A stretch of 52,575 nt of DNA from a bacterium (GTDB lineage Bacteria > JAMCPX01), in the NCBI GenBank assembly GCA_037439545.1, contig JBBIVV010000011.1, positions 9,176 through 61,750 of the forward strand, read 5' to 3'. The position numbers and the translations under genes are program-made. Below, in pieces: positions 9,762-18,999 of the stretch (its first letter is position 1; each line of letters begins with the position of its first letter). The notes under the pieces were generated by a model. The model had not been told where the DNA came from. It did not search any database and saw nothing but the letters and a program-made list of their open reading frames with translations.

Positions 9762-10343
9762 ATGAAGATAATAGGCGGTAAATACAAAGGCAGGAAGCTG
9801 AAGGCCCCTTCTGATGATGCGGTGAGACCAACGCTTGCTATAATAAGAGAGGCTTTTTTCGATATTACAGGACCTGAGATCCGCGATGCTTCGTTCCTTG
9901 ATCTTTATGCAGGTACCGGTGCAATGGGAATAGAAGCTTTAAGCAGGGGCGCAGGTATGGTCTATTTTGTCGAAAGGTCAAACATGGCAGCAACATTATT
10001 GTTAAAAAACCTTGCCTTAATAAAAGATACTTTGTTACATAGTGAATCATATGCGGTTATAAAGAAAGATGCAGACAGGGCTTTGGAACACATGAAGGAT
10101 AATGCGGTAAAAATTGATATAGCTTATATAGATCCACCGTATGAGGATTTGCATGCATACAGGGACATAGTGCCTTTATTGATTAACGGAGGATTAATGA
10201 ATAAATTTTTTACCATAGGTGTAGAGCATAGAGGACAGGTGAAGGAAGTCCTTGACAGTATGACACATGCTTTGGTCAGGGGCTTGCACTCTAAGACGCA
10301 TAAATATGGCGATAAATATTTGACCGTTCTGAGGCAGTATTGA
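9762..10343 (+). CDS. rsmD: 16S rRNA m2G966 methyltransferase
   Basis: MKIIGGKYKGRKL, RPT, LDLYAGTGAMGIEALSRGA, IDPPY. Adjacent to coaD. Confidence 0.93.
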   Translation: MKIIGGKYKGRKLKAPSDDAVRPTLAIIREAFFDITGPEIRDASFLDLYAGTGAMGIEALSRGAGMVYFVERSNMAATLLLKNLALIKDTLLHSESYAVIKKDADRALEHMKDNAVKIDIAYIDPPYEDLHAYRDIVPLLINGGLMNKFFTIGVEHRGQVKEVLDSMTHALVRGLHSKTHKYGDKYLTVLRQY

Positions 10344-10344
10344 C

Positions 10345-10872
10345 ATGCAAAACGACACTATGAATAAGGTAGTAATTTACCCCGGGTCTTTCGATCCTAT
10401 CACGTATGGGCATATCAATATTATCGAAAGAGGATTGAAAATATTCAAAAAGGTGATCGTGGCGATTTCCCATCATCAGTCGGGCAAGAAGCCGTTCTTT
10501 TCAATTGAAGAGCGGGTAAGCATCGTGAAGGAAATATTCAGGAAAGAGAAGAGAGTCGTTGTAGAGCCCTTTCAAGGCTTGCTTGTCGATTATATAAAAT
10601 CGAAAAAAGTCGATACCGTTCTGAGAGGGTTAAGAACTGTTGCTGATTTTGAATTTGAGCTGCAGATGTCGCTTGCCAACAAGAAAATGAGCGGAAATGT
10701 AGAAACTGTCTTTATGATGACGGAAGGAAAGTATTCGTTCCTCAGTTCAAGTATAATAAAAGAAATATTATCGCTCGGGGGACCGGTAAAAGGTCTTGTG
10801 CCTGATGTTGTCGTAAGGCGTTTTAATGATCAGTTGAAGGAAAGACGAACGGACATAGTGTCATGGGAATGA
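10345..10872 (+). CDS. coaD: Phosphopantetheine adenylyltransferase
   Basis: YPGSFDPITYGH, RGLR...DFEFE, SSSIIKE. The true start may be ATG 10360. Confidence 0.96.
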   Translation: MQNDTMNKVVIYPGSFDPITYGHINIIERGLKIFKKVIVAISHHQSGKKPFFSIEERVSIVKEIFRKEKRVVVEPFQGLLVDYIKSKKVDTVLRGLRTVADFEFELQMSLANKKMSGNVETVFMMTEGKYSFLSSSIIKEILSLGGPVKGLVPDVVVRRFNDQLKERRTDIVSWE

Positions 10873-10900
10873 TGTAAAGGAATAATAAAAGGAGGATTAT

Positions 10901-12088
10901 ATGTTATCTGAAAGAGCTAAAGCTATCAAGCCGTCTGCTACACTGGCTATTGATACAAAGGCAAAAGAGTTAAAGGCACAGGGTGTCGATGTTGTCGGTT
11001 TTGGAGCAGGTGAACCTGATTTTGATACACCTGACAATATAAAACAGGCAGCAATAGATGCCATAAACAAGGGCTTTACGAAGTATATGCCCGTTGACGG
11101 AACGCCGGATCTCAAGGATGCGGTCATAGAAAAGTTTAAACGTGACAACGGGATAGAGTACACAAGGGATGAGATCATTGTGTCTGTCGGTGCAAAACAT
11201 GCACTATTTAACATTGCCCTTGCAATGATAGATCCGGGTGATGAGGTCATAATACCGACACCGTACTGGGTGTCTTATCCGGAAATGTTCGGCGTTGCAG
11301 GTGGAAAGTCTGTGTTCGTAAAAACGCTGGAGAAGGACAATTTTGCATTAAAACCCGAAGCAGTTGAGAAGGCAATCACCAAGAAAACGAAGGTTCTTCT
11401 CATAAACAGCCCGGGAAATCCTTCAGGTGCCGTGTATCCGAGAAGTATTCTTGAGGACATAGCAGAAGTTGTTAAAAAGCATAATATATTTGTCGTTACT
11501 GACGACATATACGAAAAACTTATTTATGACGGTGAAAAGTTCTTCACAATAGCCCAGGCAAAAGATATGAAATCGCATACTCTTCTCGTTCATGGTGTAT
11601 CCAAGACCTATGCGATGACCGGATGGAGAATTGGATTCACTGCCGGTCCAAAGGAAATTATAAAAGGCATGAAGAACATCCAGAGCCAGAGTACATCGAA
11701 CCCGACATCGATTGCAATGAAGGCGAGTGTGGAGGCATTAAAAGGACCACAGGACTCCGTAACAAAGATGGTTGCAGAGTTTGATAAGCGAAGGAAATTT
11801 ATCGTTGAAGGGCTGAACAAGATAAAGGGTATAAAGTGCATTACGCCAAAAGGTGCATTTTATGCCTTCCCGAATGTAAGCGCCCTTTACGGTAAAAAAT
11901 TCAAGGGAAAAGTTATCAAGGATTCGTTCGATTTCGCAGACTATTTGCTTGAGCAGGCAAAGGTAGCACTTGTGCCTGGTGCGCCATTCGGGGCTGAAGA
12001 ACATGTAAGGCTCTCTTATGCGATATCACTCGAAATGATCAAGAAAGGACTTGAAAGGATAGATCAAGCAGTGAAGATGCTCGAATAG
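10901..12088 (+). CDS. Class I/II PLP-dependent aspartate aminotransferase
   Basis: GEPDFDTP, NSPGNPSG, DDIY, SKTYAMTGWRIG, VRLSYA. Confidence 0.93.
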   Translation: MLSERAKAIKPSATLAIDTKAKELKAQGVDVVGFGAGEPDFDTPDNIKQAAIDAINKGFTKYMPVDGTPDLKDAVIEKFKRDNGIEYTRDEIIVSVGAKHALFNIALAMIDPGDEVIIPTPYWVSYPEMFGVAGGKSVFVKTLEKDNFALKPEAVEKAITKKTKVLLINSPGNPSGAVYPRSILEDIAEVVKKHNIFVVTDDIYEKLIYDGEKFFTIAQAKDMKSHTLLVHGVSKTYAMTGWRIGFTAGPKEIIKGMKNIQSQSTSNPTSIAMKASVEALKGPQDSVTKMVAEFDKRRKFIVEGLNKIKGIKCITPKGAFYAFPNVSALYGKKFKGKVIKDSFDFADYLLEQAKVALVPGAPFGAEEHVRLSYAISLEMIKKGLERIDQAVKMLE

Positions 12089-12179
12089 GCCGGGCGGGAA
12101 ATCTCTATGGACAAACGGGCAGGGGCATACTACATTAAACCCCTGCAATAAAATATCCGATATAGTGCGATTTATAGTA

Positions 12180-12207
12180 AAAAGGGCGTAAATACTTACG
12201 CCCTTTT
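12180..12207. terminator. Intrinsic terminator (bidirectional-looking)
   Basis: AAAAGGGCGTAA-ATAC-TTACGCCCTTTT, a perfect 12-bp stem. Confidence 0.75.
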
Positions 12208-12211
12208 CAGT

Positions 12212-12261
12212 TTATCCCGTGAGAACAAACGGTCACAGGACGAAGTTCTCTCACGGGATAA
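12212..12261. repeat. 13-bp inverted repeat (REP-like palindrome)
   Basis: TTATCCCGTGAGA (12212-12224) and TCTCACGGGATAA (12249-12261). Confidence 0.6.
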
Positions 12262-12337
12262 CGCATTATTCCCGCTTGACAATTTGGCATGAAGGGTTTA
12301 GTTAATTATATTGAAGTCCTTCGAAGAAGGAGATATT

Positions 12338-15313
12338 TTGGCGGGCGTAGATAAAAATAAATTAATAGATAGTGCAAATAAGTTTATAGCCAAGAATCAA
12401 TTCGATAAAGCTATAAAAGATTTACAAAAAGTTTTAGAAACAGAGCCAAAGAATAATCAGGTTGCACTGAAGATAGCAGAACTCTTTCTTAAACTGGATA
12501 AGAAACAAGATGCTATAACTTATTATGAGTTTGCCTCGAATATATTCAGAGACAGCGGCTTTTACGATAAAGCGATAGCTGTTTATCGGCAGGTGCTCAC
12601 ACTCAATACTCTATCATCCCATGCATATCTCAAGCTTGCGGAATTATTCAGAAAGAAGAACCTCGTCGCAGAAGCGGTATCCAATTATAAGGTTGCAATA
12701 GCCATATTTGAAAAGGAAGGCAAGGTACAGGATGCGTTAAAGATATTACAGACTATTACGGAGCTCGAGCCGTCAAACCTGCCCGGAAGGATGAAGCTTG
12801 CCAACCTGTATATAAAGAACGGTTTGAAAGATGAAGCTTATACGGAGTTTGCCCGCATTTCAGATAGACTTGTCGAAGCCAAGAAAACAATAGACCTGAT
12901 CACTGTCTATGAAAAGATGCTCACCTTAAAACCGGGTGAGACAAATGTATCAAAACAGCTTATAAAATTATATTTATCGAGAGGCGATTATCAGAAGGTA
13001 CTCTTAAAGGTAAAAGAAGTCATAGCATCCGGGAAATCAGACACGGAAGCGTTGATTGCCCTTGCAAAGGCTTACGTCGCTCTTGAAAAGACGCCTCTTG
13101 CCATATCCGCCTATAAAGAAGTTGCAAAATTGTATTCTAAAGGAGGACTGGCATCACAGGCACAGGATATATACAAGAAGATCCTCGAGCTCGATCCTAC
13201 GGATGAACAAGTACTCCAGATCGTTGTCGGTGCAACCCAGCCTGACAAACCGATGATTGAAATAGAGCCCGAGCCTTTTGAAGCCGTGAAACCGCCGGCG
13301 CAGGAAAAAAAGCCGGAGAAAGCAATTCTAAAACCGCCGGAGGTAAAGCCGCTTGCCGCAAAGCCGCCAGTTGCAAAGCCTGAAAAGAAAATAGCAGTAG
13401 AACTGGAAGAGAAAAAGCCCCAGGAGAAGAAACCCCAGGAGAAGAAAGAAAAATTATCGTCAGAGGAGATTGATAAATATTTTTCAGAAGCACAGGTATA
13501 TAAGAGATATGGTTTGAATGCCAAAGCAGCAGAAAAATTCGTACAAATACTTAATATCAATCCTTCTCATAAAACAGCGCTTATAGAATTATTTGAATTA
13601 TATCAATTGGACAAGAAATCCAAGGAAGTCTCGGAAATAGCGGAAAAACTTTATAATCTTTTTATAGCGGACGGTGAGATAGAAAAAGGCGAAGACTTCG
13701 TCAAAAAAGCATTGTCTGGTGATCCCGGTAATGATGTTTTAAAAGCACTTATAGGTGTCAGTACCGAGCCGACAGAAGGCACAGTGCCGGTAGAACAGCC
13801 TGTAGAAGAGGAAATAATTGAAGTTATAGAACAACCCGTTGTAGAGCAAACCCGGCACGTGCAGGAGCAAGCAGAGAACAGAGAGGAAAAAGAACCTGTT
13901 GCAGAACAACAGGAACTTAATGAACCGGCCTCACAGGAAATAGATACAGGTATAGAGATCGAGGTTGAAACGCCTTTACCGGAAAATAACGGGATGGAGG
14001 AACCGCAGCAGGCTCAGGCGGCTGAAGCCGGCATAACCGAAGAAACACGGCAGCAGAGAGCGGTTAAAGAGGAACCTAAAGAGGAAATCCCCATTCCCGA
14101 GCAGATAGAATTTATTCCTGAAACAGACAATGTGCCGAAGGAAATGGACACGGCATCCCCGACTCCTGAGACGGAGGAAATCGAATTTAGTTTTTCCGAT
14201 GAAGAGGCAACTCCTGTAAAACGCGTTACCGGCAGGCAGGAACAAAGTGCAGCGGAGCAGGCTGCACCGGAGCCGCATAAGCCCGAGGTAGATGTCATTG
14301 ATTCTCTCGATGAAGCTGAATTTTATTATCAACAGGGAATCTTAACTGAAGCCAAAGGGATACTTTTGAAGATTCTTAAAGCTTTTCCAAACGAGGAACG
14401 TGCAAAAAAGAGGCTGGACGAAATAATTGCAAAGGAAGAAAAGCAGAAGCCGGCACCCAAAGAACCGGAAATATCGGAACTTGAAGAGTCCTTTATTCAG
14501 AAGGAGGCGGATTCGGTCGTTTCCGTGTCTGCAGATGAAGACCTTTTTGATCTTGCGAGAGAGCTGGAAAATGAGCTTTCGACAAGTGCGTCGAAAACAA
14601 TTGCACCTCCGGCTCCTGTCGAAGAAGAACAGCAGGTGAGTGTAGAAGAGGTGCTCGAGGCTTTTAAGAAAGGTGTTGAAAAGAGTGTAGATAAACAGGA
14701 TGCCGAGACCCATTACAGTCTTGGTATAGCATATAAGGAGATGGGACTGATAGATGAAGCAATAAATGAATTTAACATCGCAATACTTTCACCCGAGAAA
14801 AAAGCGGATGGCCTCATAATGCTGGGTATGAGTTATATGGGAAAGGGACTGCCGGGAAAAGCAATAGAAATGTACAAACAGGCACTTTCTGTCAAGGGTG
14901 GAATAAAGCAGGAAAATATAGGGCTTATATATGAATATGCACTGGCTCTTGAAGCGTATGGAGACATGAAGAATGCTTATAATTCCTTTCAGGAAGTAGA
15001 AAAAATAGATGATAAATTCAGAGATATAAAAGAAAAAATCAATAAACTTGCCGAATTTGCCAAAGATGAGACCGTAATTCAGCCCGAAGTGCAGAAGCAT
15101 GCAGAGGAAGAGAAATTTACACTCGATGATATACTGCGTGAGGACGATTCTCAAGAACCGGCAGGAGCAATTATAAATAAACAGATGCCTGAACCTGGAC
15201 CGGAAGATAAAAAGACGGTCAGTGTAATTCCAGAGGAAAAGTCACCGGCTTCGGAATCTGATGCTGAAACAGGCAAAGCAAAACAACCGAAGAAGAAAGT
15301 ATCGTATATTTAA
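12338..15313 (+). CDS. Large TPR protein, SgmX-like architecture (possible type IV pilus regulator)
   Basis: N-terminal TPR array, long Pro/Glu/Lys-rich linker, C-terminal TPRs (FKKGV...DAETHYSLGIAYKEMGLIDEAINEF), ends KKKVSYI. TTG 12338 follows an AAGGAG SD. Confidence 0.7.
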   Translation: MAGVDKNKLIDSANKFIAKNQFDKAIKDLQKVLETEPKNNQVALKIAELFLKLDKKQDAITYYEFASNIFRDSGFYDKAIAVYRQVLTLNTLSSHAYLKLAELFRKKNLVAEAVSNYKVAIAIFEKEGKVQDALKILQTITELEPSNLPGRMKLANLYIKNGLKDEAYTEFARISDRLVEAKKTIDLITVYEKMLTLKPGETNVSKQLIKLYLSRGDYQKVLLKVKEVIASGKSDTEALIALAKAYVALEKTPLAISAYKEVAKLYSKGGLASQAQDIYKKILELDPTDEQVLQIVVGATQPDKPMIEIEPEPFEAVKPPAQEKKPEKAILKPPEVKPLAAKPPVAKPEKKIAVELEEKKPQEKKPQEKKEKLSSEEIDKYFSEAQVYKRYGLNAKAAEKFVQILNINPSHKTALIELFELYQLDKKSKEVSEIAEKLYNLFIADGEIEKGEDFVKKALSGDPGNDVLKALIGVSTEPTEGTVPVEQPVEEEIIEVIEQPVVEQTRHVQEQAENREEKEPVAEQQELNEPASQEIDTGIEIEVETPLPENNGMEEPQQAQAAEAGITEETRQQRAVKEEPKEEIPIPEQIEFIPETDNVPKEMDTASPTPETEEIEFSFSDEEATPVKRVTGRQEQSAAEQAAPEPHKPEVDVIDSLDEAEFYYQQGILTEAKGILLKILKAFPNEERAKKRLDEIIAKEEKQKPAPKEPEISELEESFIQKEADSVVSVSADEDLFDLARELENELSTSASKTIAPPAPVEEEQQVSVEEVLEAFKKGVEKSVDKQDAETHYSLGIAYKEMGLIDEAINEFNIAILSPEKKADGLIMLGMSYMGKGLPGKAIEMYKQALSVKGGIKQENIGLIYEYALALEAYGDMKNAYNSFQEVEKIDDKFRDIKEKINKLAEFAKDETVIQPEVQKHAEEEKFTLDDILREDDSQEPAGAIINKQMPEPGPEDKKTVSVIPEEKSPASESDAETGKAKQPKKKVSYI

Positions 15314-15324
15314 AAAGGAGTATC

Positions 15325-16374
15325 ATGAACTATTTAGATTTTTATAAGTTAAATGAAGAGCCGTTTTCAAGTGCGCCTGATATTAAATTCTATTATAACA
15401 GCGCCCAACATTCAAAGGCACTGGTAAGGCTCATGTATGCGGTTGATTCGATGAAGGGTCTTGCGCTGCTTATCGGCGGCATAGGCACGGGCAAGACGAC
15501 GCTCGCAAGAAGAATGTTGGACAGCCTGCCTGAAGAAGAATATGAATCTGCATTGCTTGTTATAATACATTCGGGAATTACGGCAGACTGGCTGTTTAAA
15601 AAAATAGCCCTTCAGCTCGGCATAACAGAACCATCCGAGAACAAAATAACTTTGCTGTCCCAGCTTTATGAAAGATTGAATGAATTGTACGAACAGCACA
15701 AGAAAGCCGTTGTACTTATCGACGAAGCCCAGATGCTGAAAAGTAAAGAAATGATGGAGGAATTCAGAGGATTGCTCAATCTTGAAGCATCGGACAGGAA
15801 ACTTATTACCTTTGTATTCTTTGGCCTGCCCGAAATAGAGGACAATCTTATTCTTGATCCGCCTCTTGCTCAGAGAGTTGCGTTAAAATACAGGCTTGAG
15901 TCATTTAATTATGAATCGACAGAAGCCTATGTCAAGCACAGACTCGGCCTTGCAGGGAGCAAAGATGAGATATTCAATGCCGAGGCCATAGAGAAGATAC
16001 ACGCTTACTCGAAGGGCATACCCAGAATGATAAATATCATATCCTCGAATGCTCTTTTTGAAGGGTTTCTTGTTAAAGCAAAACTGATCGATATCAAAAT
16101 CATCGATGACGTTGCTGCTGATCTCGATATCAAAAATATACAATCGGCTGCGCAAAAGATGGTCGAAGCAGATATACCTGCAGATGAGGATCATGTTGAA
16201 GAACTGTTGCAGGAGGCTCCACAGAGAGTTGGTCCTCCAAAAACAAAACCAACTGCTTCTTCTACTCCCGCAGCTCCTCAAATTCAAAAAGATGCGGGTG
16301 TAAAGGTAAAGCCTGAGAAAAAAGAATTTGACGAGATAGATTCTATCCTCGATAAGCTCGAAAAGGGCGGGTAG
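15325..16374 (+). CDS. ExeA/GspA-family AAA ATPase
   Basis: MNYLDFYKLNEEPFS..PD, GGIGTGKTT, IDEAQ, YVKHRL, GIPRMIN. Confidence 0.9.
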   Translation: MNYLDFYKLNEEPFSSAPDIKFYYNSAQHSKALVRLMYAVDSMKGLALLIGGIGTGKTTLARRMLDSLPEEEYESALLVIIHSGITADWLFKKIALQLGITEPSENKITLLSQLYERLNELYEQHKKAVVLIDEAQMLKSKEMMEEFRGLLNLEASDRKLITFVFFGLPEIEDNLILDPPLAQRVALKYRLESFNYESTEAYVKHRLGLAGSKDEIFNAEAIEKIHAYSKGIPRMINIISSNALFEGFLVKAKLIDIKIIDDVAADLDIKNIQSAAQKMVEADIPADEDHVEELLQEAPQRVGPPKTKPTASSTPAAPQIQKDAGVKVKPEKKEFDEIDSILDKLEKGG

Positions 16375-16450
16375 TGGAAAGAATTAAGACGCATTCATTT
16401 CTTGACACTGAGATTGCTTGTATAGTAACTATAAAACAAGGAGGTAAGTT

Positions 16451-17953
16451 ATGAAAACAAAAAAACATGCTGTATCCTTAACGATAATCATCGCATCTTT
16501 GATAGGGATTTTGTCCGTATCCGTAACATCATTTGCAGATCTGCTTGATTCATCGAGTGTCAAAATCGGCGGATATTATAGGGTGAGAGAAGTCTACTAT
16601 AATAACATAGCACTCAAGAGTTCTGAGAATACATCTTATTTCATCCAGAGATTCAGGATGGAACCGCAATTGAACATAAATGAAGACATCATCATTAAAT
16701 CTCAGATAGATATGCTGGACAATGTAATGTGGGGTGACAATACAGATGCAGGAAACGCTGTTGCTACGGGTAATCCGAGCAATAATTCTGGCTACTATCC
16801 TGGTACTGCAACGACACCGGATGGGACGGGACTCCTTAATATCAATGTTAAAAGGGTGTGGCTCGAATATCATTCACCGGTGGGGAATCTGTCCATAGGC
16901 CGCATGCCGTTCGGTTTCGGACTCGGTGTGCAGTATAATGATGGCAATGGATTTGAAAATGAGTGGGGCGATGCTTACTACGGCAACACGGCAGATCAGA
17001 TTCAGTTTGCTACCATGCCCATGGGCAAAGATGAGCCGCTCGTCACAGTCCTTGACTATGCCAAAATGAAAGGCAATGACATAAATAATCCTTTTGACGA
17101 TGAAGACTGGTACATGTTTATTCCCGGCTATCAGACAAAAAACGTGACCGTGTTTCTGACTTTGCTGCATATAGAGCAGAATCTCTTTAAAAAGAATATC
17201 AATTACGCAGAGGTTTATGCTGACGTAAGACCTGTCGATAATCTGAAATTACTCGTCGATTATTTCTATCTCGGCGGTTCTTTAATGCCGTTTACTGCAT
17301 CGAGTGCAGCAGCCCAGGCCATGAATGGAGCTATAGGTACTGATAAACTCAAGGTTAAGGATGCTCAGGGCGGCGTTTTGAGGGGAGTCTATTCAATGTC
17401 GCCTCTCGACTATGTGTTGGAATTAGGGTTCTCTCCTGCAAACGGAACGGCAGCGAATCAGATTCAAACCTATCCATTCAGCAATGATTACAACTCGAGT
17501 CTGATACTGTTCAACAATACAGGGCTTGCAGGACCAAATTCCTTCCCGAATCCTACGATAGGACAATTAAATACACTCGGTTCACTCAATAGCCCTGCAA
17601 CAATCATTCCAGCGCAGTCCGTATTAAAAGACGATTTTATATATATAGCGCCCATGGTAAAGTTTGTCCCTGCTGATTTTCTCAAGGCAAAGCTCCAACT
17701 CACGTATGCCGAGACAAACGACTTTCAAAATTATGCAGCTCTTGCAGGCAGGACTGCTGGTAAGCTCGCAAGGGACCTCGGGTATGAGGCAGACTTCGGG
17801 TTAGATACGACACTGTCGGACAAGTTTATATTCGGGTTCCAGACAGGCTACTTTATCCCCGGTCATGTGTTTGACTATACGAACAGTGCGGGACAAAACA
17901 AGTCTGCTGACGGCGTGTTTGCATTCGTAACGCGCTTCACAGTACTATTCTAA
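16451..17953 (+). CDS. Outer-membrane beta-barrel/porin (TIGR04551-like)
   Basis: Signal peptide, GYYRVR, RFRMEPQLNINEDIIIKSQIDMLDN, IGRMPFGFGLG, LGYEAD, C-terminal TRFTVLF (terminal Phe). Strong SD and terminator. Confidence 0.75.
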   Translation: MKTKKHAVSLTIIIASLIGILSVSVTSFADLLDSSSVKIGGYYRVREVYYNNIALKSSENTSYFIQRFRMEPQLNINEDIIIKSQIDMLDNVMWGDNTDAGNAVATGNPSNNSGYYPGTATTPDGTGLLNINVKRVWLEYHSPVGNLSIGRMPFGFGLGVQYNDGNGFENEWGDAYYGNTADQIQFATMPMGKDEPLVTVLDYAKMKGNDINNPFDDEDWYMFIPGYQTKNVTVFLTLLHIEQNLFKKNINYAEVYADVRPVDNLKLLVDYFYLGGSLMPFTASSAAAQAMNGAIGTDKLKVKDAQGGVLRGVYSMSPLDYVLELGFSPANGTAANQIQTYPFSNDYNSSLILFNNTGLAGPNSFPNPTIGQLNTLGSLNSPATIIPAQSVLKDDFIYIAPMVKFVPADFLKAKLQLTYAETNDFQNYAALAGRTAGKLARDLGYEADFGLDTTLSDKFIFGFQTGYFIPGHVFDYTNSAGQNKSADGVFAFVTRFTVLF

Positions 17954-17976
17954 GTATAGGTAATCAAGATAATATT

Positions 17977-18011
17977 AAAAGGCGTCCCGCCGACGGCGGG
18001 ACGCCTTTTTT
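17977..18011 (+). terminator. Strong intrinsic terminator after the beta-barrel gene
   Basis: AAAAGGCGTCCCGCC-GAC-GGCGGGACGCCTTTTTT. Confidence 0.9.
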
Positions 18012-18013
18012 AT

Positions 18014-18048
18014 TTCACTTTGTCTTGTATTTCTGATAATGTCGTTCC
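18014..18048 (+). promoter_or_regulatory. Putative leaderless extended -10 promoter of the GT2-asnB unit
   Basis: TTCACT (18014-18019), 17 bp, TGn-TAATGT (18037-18042), 6 nt, then ATG 18049. No SD. Confidence 0.45.
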
Positions 18049-18996
18049 ATGAACATTTACCTATCCATGGTAATACCTATATTCAATGAAGCGGAATCGA
18101 TTCATGAATTGTATGCGGAACTTAAGGACGTCATAAATCAGCATCAGTATGCCGCTGAGATTATTTTTATCGATGACGGCAGCAAAGATGAGAGCCTCAA
18201 GAATTTAAGACAGATTGCGGCAGATGATCCGGCTGTTAAAGTAATAAGCTTCAAAAGGAATTATGGACAGACGCCTGCCATGTCCGCGGGCATTCAGGAG
18301 GCAAAAGGAAAGATTATCGTTACCATGGATGCTGATCTGCAAAATGATCCTCATGATATACCTGCAATGATAGCCTTGATAGAGAGCGGTTATGATCTTG
18401 TCAGCGGGTGGAGAAAACCCCGCAGAGACAGGTTCTTGAACAGGATACTGCCTTCTATCATTGCAAACTATCTTATCAGCATCGTTACCGGTGTGAAATT
18501 GCATGATTTCGGCTGCACGCTCAAGGCTTATAAGGCGGACATTATAAAAGGCATTAAACTCTATGGAGAGATGCACAGGTTTATCCCTGTTTATGCGGCG
18601 GGCATTGGCGCGGGTATTACGGAGATCCAGACGCACCATAGACAGAGATTATACGGCAAAACGCACTATGGCTTCATAAGAACAATAAAGGTGCTGCTCG
18701 ATCTTCTCACCGTAAAGTTTCTCGGCGATTTTTCTACAAGACCAATACATCTGTTCGGCGGCAGCGGTTTCATGTTCATGCTCACCGGAGTTTTTATAGG
18801 CATATATGTGCTTTATGAAAAATTCCATTTGCATGTTTTTGCTTACAGAAATCCGTTGCTCCTGCTTGCCGTGTTTCTGTTTTTAATAGGATTCGAGCTT
18901 ATACTGATCGGTCTGGTTGCTGAATTGATTATAAGACTTTATCATGAGTCTATAAACAATCCCGTTTATACGGTTAAAGAAAAAATTAATCTTTAG
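18049..18996 (+). CDS. Glycosyltransferase family 2 (ArnC/GtrB-like polyprenyl-phosphate glycosyltransferase)
   Basis: VIPIFNE, IDDGSKD, RNYGQT, MDADLQNDP, DFGCTLKAY, GEMHRFIP, two C-terminal TMs. Confidence 0.9.
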   Translation: MNIYLSMVIPIFNEAESIHELYAELKDVINQHQYAAEIIFIDDGSKDESLKNLRQIAADDPAVKVISFKRNYGQTPAMSAGIQEAKGKIIVTMDADLQNDPHDIPAMIALIESGYDLVSGWRKPRRDRFLNRILPSIIANYLISIVTGVKLHDFGCTLKAYKADIIKGIKLYGEMHRFIPVYAAGIGAGITEIQTHHRQRLYGKTHYGFIRTIKVLLDLLTVKFLGDFSTRPIHLFGGSGFMFMLTGVFIGIYVLYEKFHLHVFAYRNPLLLLAVFLFLIGFELILIGLVAELIIRLYHESINNPVYTVKEKINL

Positions 18997-18999
18997 ATT

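Noticed and set aside
12284..12300. TGGCATG as a sigma54 -24 element upstream of the TPR gene (also at ~149)
   Set aside because: No TTGC at the -12 position in either case.
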